Assembly: GCF_036321535.1 (NCBI RefSeq)
Contig: NC_087437.1
Location: forward strand, 113,152,001 to 113,216,000
Length of the DNA: 64,000 nucleotides
Direction of reading: 5' to 3'
Origin: Camelus dromedarius
Lineage: Eukaryota
Made by a program: the position numbers and the translations under genes. The notes beneath the pieces are model-generated. The model saw nothing but the letters and a program-made list of their open reading frames with translations, was not told the origin of the DNA and did not search any database. Position 1 is the first letter of the stretch; every line of letters starts with the position of its first letter. Below are positions 53,295 to 64,000 of this stretch, one piece after another.

Positions 53295-53686
53295 TCAAGG
53301 GACCCCTTGAATTTTGGTATGAGGCCTGATGTTTCCACGCGTGGGTTCCAGGCTGGCCTGGTTGAGCTGCAGGACAGCTTTGTTGCTAACGGTCAGTGAA
53401 GGGCATTTGTTCTGGAACCCTTTCTTTTTGAGTTCTGATGTCAGATTTGAGTAATAAATATCTTCCAAGGACTTATCGTTCTTTCTGAGGATGTCGCTGG
53501 CCAACCGGAAGAGTAAAATCACTCCGTAGATGCCGATGATGGTGAGGATGTACCAGGCGGCACTGGTCCCATCTAGAAGCTTCAGGGCCCTGGTGGAGTT
53601 GGTGCTGTTCCTCCCCTCCGTGGGGTCCCTCAGCAGGTTCCCCAGAACAGCGTTGGCCTGGGTCTGGTTGGGGGCTCCCTGATCCC
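53295..53686 (-). CDS. SMIM34: SMIM34 main coding exon; small integral membrane protein 34, 132 aa in total
   Basis: Minus-strand acceptor TCTCTGTTTCTCAG| (53700-53687), phase 1. Reads (W)DQGAPNQTQANAVLGNLLRDPTEGRNSTNSTRALKLLDGTSAAWYILTIIGIYGVILLFRLASDILRKNDKSLEDIYYSNLTSELK...QGVP*, matching the recalled human SMIM34. Candidate AATAAA at 52901-52906 (-). Confidence 0.92.
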
Positions 53687-53799
53687 CTGAGAAACAGAGA
53701 GGTCCACATGAGACCCAGCATTCTGTGCTGAAGGCTGCCTGGCTAAGCCAATGACAGTGTCCTTACATCAGCTGGGGAAATGGGACTGCTGGAAGAGAC

Positions 53800-55470
53800 T
53801 CTATTCAATAGGCAGGTGCCTAACAACATGTATGTCAATATATTTTTAAAAATCAAAAGAGTTCAAAACACCAAGTTCTGGAATAGGAGACACAACATCA
53901 TAAAGATGTCAGTTGTCCCTAAAATAATCCGTACAACCAACGTAATTGCAATACAAGTATCAGTAGGATTTCTTTGTGAAATAGACAAACTATGCATTAC
54001 TGAAAAAGCAACTAACAAGACGAATTAGGAAAAATCTGAAAGAAAGACTGATGAGTGGAAATCAGCCTCGCTAGAAATTTATAACTAGTCAGCCAGAAAA
54101 ATAAGTTTTCTTTTCTTTTTTTTCTTTGAATGAATGAGTGCCTTATTCGCCCACAGCCCAGCTGGGGCTTACTGGGCTTTGCAAATGGCATGGGGGGTCT
54201 CTTCTCCCTAAAAAGTCTCCCTGTAAAACTACCATAGCTGAAACAGTGTGATATGATACACAGACAGACCAACAGAACAGCGTAACGACATCAGTAGAAC
54301 TGGAATTGGAATTTAGTAGATAATAAAGGGGCATTTAGGATCAGGAAGGAAAGGATGGATTCTTCAACAAGCAGCATTAGAACAAGATAGCACTGGATGC
54401 ATAGCTCTTACCTTATGTCCAAGAAAAGTCCAGATAAATCAAAGATTTTCACATTAAAAAAAAGAAACAATTTAAAGCACTAGAAAAAAAGCATGGTAGA
54501 CTTTTTTCCTTTATCATCCTGGAGTGGGGTATCCCTTGCTAAGCCTACACAAAAATTCTGAGATGGAAAAAAAGAAGAAAGAAAGAAAATATAACTTCAA
54601 CTACATAGAAAAGTTTAAAGTGATTGCATATAATAAAACCAAAAGACAAATGACAAACTGGAGGAGAGCTGCAACTTATGTCACTAAACTTGTTAATCGC
54701 CTTCAGTTCTATAAGAAGATGTCCAAAACCCCAGTAGAAAAATGTGCAAAGATGTGGACAATTAGGTGGGAAAAAGAAATGGACCTTGAGCATAAAGAAA
54801 GCTTTTCAGTGTCACTCATAGTAAAAGAAATGCAAATTAAAACTACAGCGAGATAACATTTTGTTATCTATCAGGTTTGCAAACTCATGATGCTTCAGAA
54901 CACACTGGATATGTCTGCAGGGCTATCGGGCCTTTGTTTAATTGCTGGTGAGAGTGTAACTTTATACAACCAATATGGAAGACACATTGAGAAGATCTAT
55001 TGACATTACACATTTACCCTGAACCCAACAATTCTACCTGTAGGAATTTATCCTAAAAATATGCTGGAACATGTCCAAAACAGTGCACTTTTAAGGTTAG
55101 TCATTGTAGCATTGCTTATATGCTGAAGAACAACCTGAGTAGCATCAAATGGGGGATGGTTTAACATATTTTAGAATCTCCATGCAGTGGAGTACTATAT
55201 AGCCACAAGAAGTAACAATGAGCTTTCTTGGTACTAAATATTAACAAATAAAAATGTGTACAGTGATATAGATGATACAATCCTACACATAAAGGGGGTT
55301 ATGTGATTTGTTTGAAGCTTATACATGTGTAACATATCTCTGGGAGAATACACAAGAAATTGGTACCTGTGGTTGCCCAGGGGGAAGGAATTGGGGGAAG
55401 GAGGTGTACTTCCCCCTGATGCCCTTTTGTACATTTTGTACCATGTGTATTTTCACAAAGAAATTAATTT
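53800..55470 (+). mobile_element. Degenerate L1M ORF2/3'UTR remnants in the SMIM34 intron
   Basis: Translations such as IIKMSVVPKII and SLIVKEMQIKTTAR resemble L1 ORF2p and are followed by L1M 3'UTR text. Confidence 0.75.
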
Positions 55471-56496
55471 TAAAAATGGGAGAGTACAAATGGGCACTTT
55501 TCTGGCCTCCTTGGTGAAGTGCCTCTGGGTAAAGACACCGAGTGACCTTCCAAGACCAGAAGATTAAGATCTTAACTGCTGTTTATTTCAAAACTGTTTT
55601 CTCTACTAGGGGAGCAAGTGAAAATGAAATGATAAAAGTCAGAGAAGTAGTACCTAATCCTGTGAGACATTTTCCAGCTGAGTTTTATGGGTTCAGATCC
55701 TCATTTCTTGCTCAATGTGAACCCAGATGTATTCAGACATGTCATAGGATAAATCCCATAGCCTGTCAGGTAGACCAAAGGTGTTCCATAAGTGCTTTCT
55801 ACTTGATGTTTGCTTGTTGCTAGTTTATATTGCTAATGCAAGGCTCAGAGAGACCAATATTTTTCATTATAGTTAATTGCTGAATGAATGAATAATCTTA
55901 TTACTTTGAGATAAAGGGAGAAACTATTTTAAAATAACTGCAGAAATCACATGTCGCAAAGCCCAAACTGACAGATTGCAGGATATAAAATTGGTCGCTC
56001 ATAAGAAATAGTACAATGACCAGGAATCTTATACCACTGTTGATGGAATGGTTTGAGAACTTAAATAGGGAAGAAAACATTCCCGTAATTATTTCAAAAA
56101 AATCAACCTAACACAGACATCATAAACCTTAGTTAGGGCAAAAGAACTTGTTTAAACTTGGGACACATGTATAAATGCATAGACCTTTCTGTCAATTGTT
56201 ATAGAATGATGTGATATGTTCAAATACATATAAAATATACCCAACTAAGAACTACAGAGCATTAAATCATTTGAAAACCAGTTCATTTTCCACATGAAAT
56301 AAACACACTATTTTAACTATTTCAGTACATTATTCTTCACTGTCTTATTAAATATATGAGTCAGTTAGATGGTACCTTCTCTATATAGAAGAGACAAACC
56401 TTTTCATCTGTGTCATTTTACACTTACGATTTAATAATGTGAAATGTATGAGAAATTCTAGAACAGCTCGCCCTTGCGTCGGAGCAGAATACTCAC

Positions 56497-56503
56497 ATTC
56501 CAT
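56497..56503 (-). CDS. SMIM34: SMIM34 first coding exon (ATG GAA T)
   Basis: Minus strand ATGGAAT|GTGAGT (donor 56496-56491). Phase 1 joins GG at 53686 to give M-E-W, the recalled SMIM34 N-terminus; total CDS 399 nt. Confidence 0.88.
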
Positions 56504-57319
56504 CAGATGGTCTTTTCCTTGACTCCTAGGGAGGCCAGTTTAAGTGGCTGCCACGAAAAAAGAAGGTTTTTTGCTGATTGATCACCGTCCTACTGAAGTC
56601 AGGCTGCACTGAGATTCAAAAGCAGAGAGTAATGTGATATCCAAAGAATCTTAGGTCAGTACCAAGTAGAAACTTGGCAGAGAGAAAATGGACTAATCTT
56701 CTGTCATTCAATTAATCAGAGGATCAAAGTCGATCCATCTTCTGTCAGCTCAGAACAAAAATCACGTCCTGGCTTTGGCTTGGTGAGAAGATCTAAGGTG
56801 AAAGTGTTGTTTGAAAACATGCTGGTACCAAGGAGTCACCAGCTCTCGCAGGTCCCATCTGGGGCTGAGGTGGCGGGAAGCTCTCTGAGGCTGGCTTAGA
56901 GCCTGGGTGGCTCCTGAAATTCCCTGTCCTGCACCTGTTGCAGGTGTGGCTGAGACCCGTTGTGATAGCCAGGAAACTCCATGATCAAGAGTCACCAGCT
57001 TCCTTTTGGACTGCCTCCCAGATGAGGAAATGGTCTGGAGGGAGCCTGTGCAGGAGGACATGGTGGAGGGCCCAGGTCCCCTCAGGGATCAGTGGGCGAT
57101 TGGCTCCTCTTTCCCACATGCCTGAGTCACAGATCATATTGGAATTGAAGTAGATTTAACTGGAAGTTGGGGAACAAGAGTCTAGGAGAAAAGGGATCAC
57201 AGGGAAGAAAGATCAAAACACTCAGGCAGCTTCTATGATGCAGACCTTGTTGCCTGAATCCTCACTAATGTGGCCCTGACCTGCCTCATTTGTAAGACTC
57301 ACTGGCTTTTAAGATATAA

Positions 57320-58270
57320 TTTGATCAAATTTCCATCAATGAGGGACTGGATAAGTAAATTAACAAACAGGCCATAGGATCCAGCAATTCCTTGCCTAGG
57401 TATACACCCAGGAGAAATGGGAACACATCCAGAAAAAACCTGCATGTGAATGTTCACGGCAACATGATTCATAAACGCTAAAACGTGGAAACTGTCCAAA
57501 TGTCCATCGATTGATGAACAGATAAGTAAAGTGTGGTCTCTTCATACAATGGAATATTATTTGTCAATAAACAAAGAACCAAGCACTGATTTATGCTACA
57601 ACATGGATGACCCTTGGAAGCATTATGCTAAGTGAAAGAAGCCAGTTACAAAGAACAACATGTTTTATGATTCCATTTATATGAAATGTCAAGAATAAGC
57701 AAATATTTATGGCAGAAAGTAGATCAGTGGTTGCCTAGGGTTGGAGTGGGGGGCTGGGGGGTGATAACTAAGGGGTACAGGACTTCTTTTGGGGGTGAAA
57801 AAGTGTTTAATGATTGTGGTGACATCTGTGAATATCTGTGAGCATACTAAAAGCCATTGAATTGTAGACTTTATTAACTTGGGTGAGTTTTATGGGACGT
57901 GAGTTGTATTTCAGTAATATAAATATACAAGGGAATACTACACAGCCATGAGAAAGAAATGAGGACGCTATTCATGTACCGGTGTATGAAGATCTCCAAG
58001 ATGCATTGTCGAATGAAAACTGCAAAGAAGAGAGTATGTTACCATCTATCTAAAACAGTAGGGGGAAGTCATCCAGATCTGATTTTGCTTGTATAGGCAT
58101 TGAAGAGCCACTTTGAGGATGCCCAAGAAAGTAAGAGCAGGAGCAACCTGGTTGGAGAAGGGGATGCTGAGAACTGGGTAGATGAAGGGCAGGAATGGGA
58201 GTGAGAGTTCTCCCTATTTATTCTTTATGAGTATAAAGAAGTTTCACCATGCTGAACACATCTATTCATT
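57320..58270 (+). mobile_element. L1M (L1MB/ME-like) 3' regions
   Basis: ccagcaattccttgcctaggtatacacccaggagaaatg, catacaatggaatattat, cattatgctaagtgaaagaagccag, agatcagtggttgcctaggg. Confidence 0.85.
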
Positions 58271-61200
58271 AAATGTAAATCCTTGTCAAAGTCGTGTTTA
58301 GGCTCTGCCTGTCTCTTGCTGTGGGATGGCTGGACCATGGCCCCTCCAGCTCTGCCACACAGGCAGAGAATCCCAACACTGACCATGGAAGGTAAGAAGG
58401 GGCAGCTTGGAGATCCTTCATGATAAAGGGCAAATGCAATGATAAGGGTTGGGAGTCAGGGCTCAAGTCCTTGCCGTGCCCTGGCTCTGTGACCCTGAGC
58501 AAGTCCTCTCCCCTCTGAGAGCTGCAGTTTCTTACCTGCAAGGTGGAGGGACAGCAGGGTCTGATGCCCTCTGGTCCCTGGGAGGCAGCCCGGGGTGGCG
58601 TCTGGGAAGAGCTGCTCCTTGTGGAGGTGTCTGAACGGGAAGGATGCCAGCGCCAGCTGCCTCGGGAGAGGGAGGACATGCCCGGGTAGCTGGCACACAA
58701 GAGGTGGAGGCTTTGGAGAGTCTGTCATCTGTGAAGTCAGAAGGTATCAGCATTTGACTCAGCAGGATGTTGGCATGGGATGTAGGGAGGGAAAAGCTCC
58801 AGGAAAACGAGGGAGATGTAAGGAAAGATGTCCCATGATCTCATCCAAATTGTAAAGGGGCCACTGACGTCAGGGAATAGCCCTGGGCCAGGCACTTTCC
58901 TCCTGGTTTCTGCCTCTTGGAATCCCTGCGAGGCAGGAGTAGCGTTGCCACTTAAAGAGGGGAACACCCTTTCACGCTCAGAGGATTGACTTGGCCAATG
59001 TCACACAGCTCGCAGGTGACAGAGGTGGGATGTCTGGCCACAAAGGCGTTCCCCTTCCACGCCCTGAATGTCACCCTCAAGCTGGACCCAGAGTCCCTTG
59101 AATTCTCCCTATTGCTTGCCCTCCAGTCTGAACTGTAGACTGTCACTGCTGAGGCAAAGCCATGACCTTGAAACCCTCTCTTGGCCAACATTAAATGATG
59201 CTGTGAGAAGTCAGGGTAATGAATATCCTCCAGCTGAGGATGGCTAGAGGGGGCACGATGGACATGCCCTGTCTCAGGAGTTCATCATTGCGGGGCACTT
59301 CACAGAGCTGTGTGCACTTGCCTGCATGCATCTTATATGTCCTTGCAAACCCCACCCTGCTGGTTAACATGGAAGGCCCTGAAAGGCGATGGGGAAATGA
59401 AGTTTAAGGTTTATCTAGAAACATATAAACACTGTTTTTAAGAAGAGTTCTCTATTCTGTCGTGGCTGGAGCCACATGACACCATTTAATGAAAAGTGCC
59501 CTGTGCCCGGCGGGGAGGGGGAGGGGTGGCCAAGATCATGGTCACGGGGCTGGGCAGCTGCCTGCCTTCTTATGCAGGGTGGGTGACGCCAACTCTGTCG
59601 TTCTCGAGTGCTTACATAACAGCGAAATGGACCATCACGTGGGCCAAGAATTTCCTTCCCACTGATGTGTGTCTCCTCTGGCCTTCTGGTTCAGTCTAGA
59701 CCAATGCCAACCTAAAGGCAATCAAGCAAAGCCACTCATGCAGTAAGCTACAGTCCCGGGAGCAAGGACCCCAATACCCCCTGGCTCCTTTGACATTAGA
59801 ACTTGAACTCTCCCAGGGGGCCATGGTGGTTTTTTGTCCACTGAAGGGCCAGTCAGCTTAGAGAATGTCTAAATTGGGAGCCAAGGTGACAGTGATGTGG
59901 ATTTGACTTTCTGAAATAGAGGAAAAAAAAAAAGAAAAGAAAAGAAAAGAAACAAGTGTTTTTGCATTCTGGGGGACCAGAACCAGCATTTTCTAAAATG
60001 TAAATAAATAAATGCCCATATCCACACTTGGCCTTCTTCCTAAGAAGTATTTTTGGGGGGCTTGGGAGGCAGACCCCACTAACCAATTCTGACACACTGC
60101 AGTGCAAAAGGGCATTCAAGCTGATGTCCAGGACACCTGTGGCCAAGGATGTAGATTCTGGACGTTTCTGCCTTTGCAGGGGGTACAACTTCCCAGAGGA
60201 CAATTAAAAGATGTTTTTCATATTTTAAAAAATCTTTAACTTATATGTCATTCTTGCCTTTCCTTTTACCTTCACTGTCGTCCCCTAGCATTTAGGAACA
60301 TTAAATGTCACTTCTGTCTCCAGGGAGGTGCAGAGGGAAACTCAGAGCTTTTGGAATTAGAGAACCCAGGTTCTCATTGGGGCTTTATCATTTACTAACT
60401 GAGGGACTGTGGTCAAGTTACTTCACTGCCCTGAACCTCAGCTGTAAACAAAGAATAGTTAATTGTGACGACATGAACCACTCCAAGGGGCAAATACAGT
60501 CACGCTTTATTTCTTCTCCCAGTTAATTAATTGAGCCCTCAACTTCCTCGTTAGCAGGAAATCCTATATTTATCTCACTCTTAAGGCCTCCCAGGTTGAC
60601 CAGGACTCCCAGGAACTTTGTCCAGAGTAGGGAGGGAGGACAGTCTGGCTTCTTCAGCCAAGCCCAGAGGACTAGCATCTGAATAACCCTCTGCTGCTGT
60701 TTCCTCCTGCTGCCACATGGGGTCGCTGTTGAACACCAGCCCTGTGCAGTCTGTCAGATGATGCTCAACAAGTCTTCAAAAATGTACCCACAAGAGAGGA
60801 CATTAGCTCTAAACACTCACCTGTTGCTACTTCCACCACATAGCTGACATATAGGACCGTTCTGCTCCATTAGCTCTCTCCCGTTCCCTTGCTTTGGCCC
60901 CAGGGAGGTCAGACACCACAGTACAAGGTGAGGAGCAGAAGGACAGTGCTGAAAGGCAGAAGGCTGCCAACTATCCCCCTGCAGTTCTCCTGCCCCTACA
61001 GCCCCAGCTGGAGACGGGGGAGCCTCAACCTGAGATGGAGTTCGGGGTTTTGCTTATGACATAAGACTGCACATCTTCATTACTGAATTAAGACCATCTT
61101 CCTAACCTGACTCTAGGGGCACACTGTATAGAGGCCACAGAGCAGAACTAAAGAAGTGGGAGCACAAAACAAAGTCGTGCTGTTATTAGGTCCCATGAGT

Positions 61201-61764
61201 CTTGTCTGTAATGATGGTTCCCATCAGGATGCTCTGGGATGCAGAACCAAATTCAAACAGGAGTTAGCAAAAAGGGAAACTCCACAGGTTCAAGTAAGCA
61301 AGAGAGGGCAGGGGAGAGCTGCCCTCAGGGCTAGATCCAGAGAGAACTGTCCATTTCTGCCTTCCCTCTCGGCCTCTCTCTGTCTTGTGGCACGTGGCAC
61401 TCAGACTCACATCCCAGTAGTTTCACCACCAGATGGGAAAGAGGATGCTTTTCTCCCTCTTTAGCCAGGAATATCCCAAAGAATGGCTCTGATTGGCCAG
61501 GCTGAGGCAGGTGTCTACTGTGGGTAGTCAGAACTGGGCTGGGGTCTAGTAATTGAGCAAGTCTGTAGCACATGCTCAGAAAAAGACAAAAGCCCCCTGT
61601 CCTAGATCACACAGACTGCATTATAGGGCATGGATCGAAGAGGAACAAAACCAGAGGCAGAAAAACCAGTCAGCCAGCTGTGGGCTTAATGCAGGCAAGA
61701 GGGTAGCGGGAGCAAGGCTGGATAGAAGTCCGTGGATTCAGGAGAGCTTTAGAAAGTACAGAAC

Positions 61765-62053
61765 ATAAGTCACTTATTGTATGATTCCATTTATGTGAAA
61801 GGTCCAGAATAGGTAAATCCATAAAGACAGAAAGCAGACTAGTGGCTGCCAGGGGCCAGGAGAAGGAGGAATGGGGAATAATGCTTAATGGGTAGGAAAT
61901 TTCCCTTGGGGTGATGAAAATGTTTTGAAACCAGGCAGAGGTGATGGTTGCATCATATTGTGAATGTACCAGATGTCACTGAATTGTATACTTTAAAAAG
62001 ATTACTTTTATGTCACATGAATTTCACCTTAATGAGGAAAAAAAAAAAAAAAA
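61765..62053 (+). mobile_element. L1MB-like 3' end with poly(A) tail
   Basis: tattgtatgattccatttatgtgaaa...gtggctgccagggg...ggggtgatgaaaatgttttg; A-tail at 62038-62053. Confidence 0.85.
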
Positions 62054-62099
62054 CCACTGGAAGAAGCAGATTATAAACATTTCAAATTGTCAGAGGCTT

Positions 62100-64000
62100 C
62101 CCAAGTGCAAAGCAAAGAAAATATAACAAATAAGAAAAATGAAAAATAAAGCATTAAAAACAAAAAGTATGATCTAAAACCAGATAATAAATCAAGACTA
62201 AATGTATTTGTCCTACCTGTCTATTGCAGATAGAAAAAAAAAAACCAACACAAACAATAACTAATTATACTTTGTAGTCAGGAAATACAAAGGGGCTTTG
62301 TTTTTATTTTTTATTTTCAGCAAACACTAAATTAGTCTTGCTATGTACCAGGCATGTTCTAGTTAATAATTGGAAGCTTTATATCGCTTAATTACATCAA
62401 AAGAAAGAGAATGGGCATAAACACACAAAATAAATATAAACATAAAGAAAGAAGAAATTTCCATGTTAAAATGTCCATGTATGTTGAATTCAAAACATAA
62501 AACATTAAATAAAAAAGGATGTACTTACTAATCTGCTCTGATCATCTAACCTCATTAGCATATATGCACCAGATAACATAGCATCAAAATTATAAAGCAA
62601 AACTTATGGAAAATGAAAGATAACAATAAAATAGAAGCAGGCAATTTAAATGTATCTATCAGTCCATAATAGAAAAAATAAACAAATATTTTAAGTAAAG
62701 GTATAGAAATAAAGATACATAATTGACAGATTTTGTAAGACAGAACTAATTTAATATATATTGAACTCTATCACATACAAAATACACTTTTTTAAAAAAA
62801 CAATTGAATTTTCACACACAGAAAAGATCATATATTTGGCTGTAAAGGACACCTCAGAACATTTTTTGAAGTAGAAATATTCTCTACCAACAATTATTAA
62901 AAATAGAAATTAATTTTTTAAATTGAAAAATATAAATTTTTCTATCTGGAAATGAAACCTCAGAAAATTCTTGGATCAAAAAAGAAAATCAAAACTAAAA
63001 GTAAAATTATATCTAAAACCAGATTAAAAACAGCGCATATCTGAACCTATGCCATACAGCTAACGTTAGTAAATAAGAAAAAATAAAAACAGATTTACCA
63101 AAAAATGGGGAAAGGCCATTCATTTCAACAAGTGGCACTGAAACAATTAGATATTCATGTTAAAAAAAAATGAACTGAGACCCTAATCTTACACCACACA
63201 CAAACATTAACTCATGATGGGTTTAGCTTAACCTCAGTGTAAGAGCTAAAACCATAAATCCTCTAGACAGACACATAGAAGAAAATCATTGTGATGTTCG
63301 ATTAAGCAAGGATTTCTTAGACATAAGAGTAAAAGCACAATTTATGAAAGAATAAAAAACCCTGATAAGCCGGATTTCATCAAAATGCAAAACATGATCT
63401 TCAAAAGACACGATTAAGAAAATGAAAAGACAAGTCACCCAGACTGGCAGGCAATACTTGCAAGTCACATGTCTGATAAAGGACCACATTCAGAACACAG
63501 GGAAAAGTCTCACAATTTAATAAGGAGAGGACAAACAACTCAACAAGAAGTCCGAAAGTGATTTGAACAGACACTTCACTAAAGTGGATACACAAATGGC
63601 AAATAACACGCAAAAAAAATGCTCAGCATTGTTAGTCATTAATGAAATGAAAATCACAATTGCAGTGAGATATCACTGTACATCCACTAAAATGGCTGTA
63701 ATTTAAAAAGTGGACGATAGTGAATGTTGGCGAGGACGTGGGGAGACAGGGACTCTCGTACGCTGCTGGTGGGAATGTTCAAAGATACAGCTACTCTGGA
63801 AAACAGCTTAGACATTTCTTTAAAAATTAAACATATACCTACCCTATGACTTAGCAATTCCACTCCTAGATTGCTACACAAGACAAATAAAAATACATGT
63901 CTACACAAAGATTAAATATTCATAAATACTTATACACGAACATTCATATCAGCACCAGTTGTAATAGCCTCAAATTGGAAATAGTCCAAATGTCCATCCA
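62100..64000 (+). mobile_element. Degenerate LINE-1 ORF2 remnants running off the window
   Basis: Very A-rich; L1 ORF2/3' text (ttcaacaagtggcactgaaacaattagatattc, gaacagacacttcactaaag, ccctatgacttagcaattccactcctag). Confidence 0.85.

Noticed and set aside
53473..53721. 82-aa alternative-frame ORF suggesting a SMIM34 frameshift
   Set aside because: The SMIM34 frame is open from 53686 to 53295 once the 7-nt upstream coding exon is spliced on, so there is no frameshift.

Overview
Mammalian genomic DNA, probably camelid (inferred from two tRNA-derived SINEs of Vic-1 type). It is syntenic with the human 21q22 KCNE2-SMIM11-C21orf140/FAM243-SMIM34 interval, with KCNE1 expected beyond the right edge. 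Four protein-coding genes can be reconstructed with splice sites: KCNE2 (+, CDS 19860-20231, 123 aa), SMIM11 (+, CDS 27803-27814 plus 31295-31459, 58 aa, CpG-island promoter), FAM243/C21orf140 (-, 42101-42856, 251 aa, single coding exon) and SMIM34 (-, CDS 56497-56503 plus 53295-53686, 132 aa). The rest is mostly L1, L2, MIR, MaLR/ERV LTR and DNA-transposon remnants. Two observations stand out. (1) FAM243 carries the ordered motifs of an IS630/Tc1/mariner DDE transposase (long-spacer Sailor/DD82E-like type) with the catalytic triad replaced (G47/K124/D183), so it is probably a domesticated, catalytically dead transposase. (2) SMIM34 aligns without gaps to the KCNE transmembrane and juxtamembrane signature of KCNE2 in the same window, so it may be an unrecognised divergent KCNE paralogue. 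There is also a 65-bp CpG-decayed copy of the SMIM11 exon-1 splice donor inside intron 1. Gene and repeat-family names come from recalled sequence knowledge; no database search was run.
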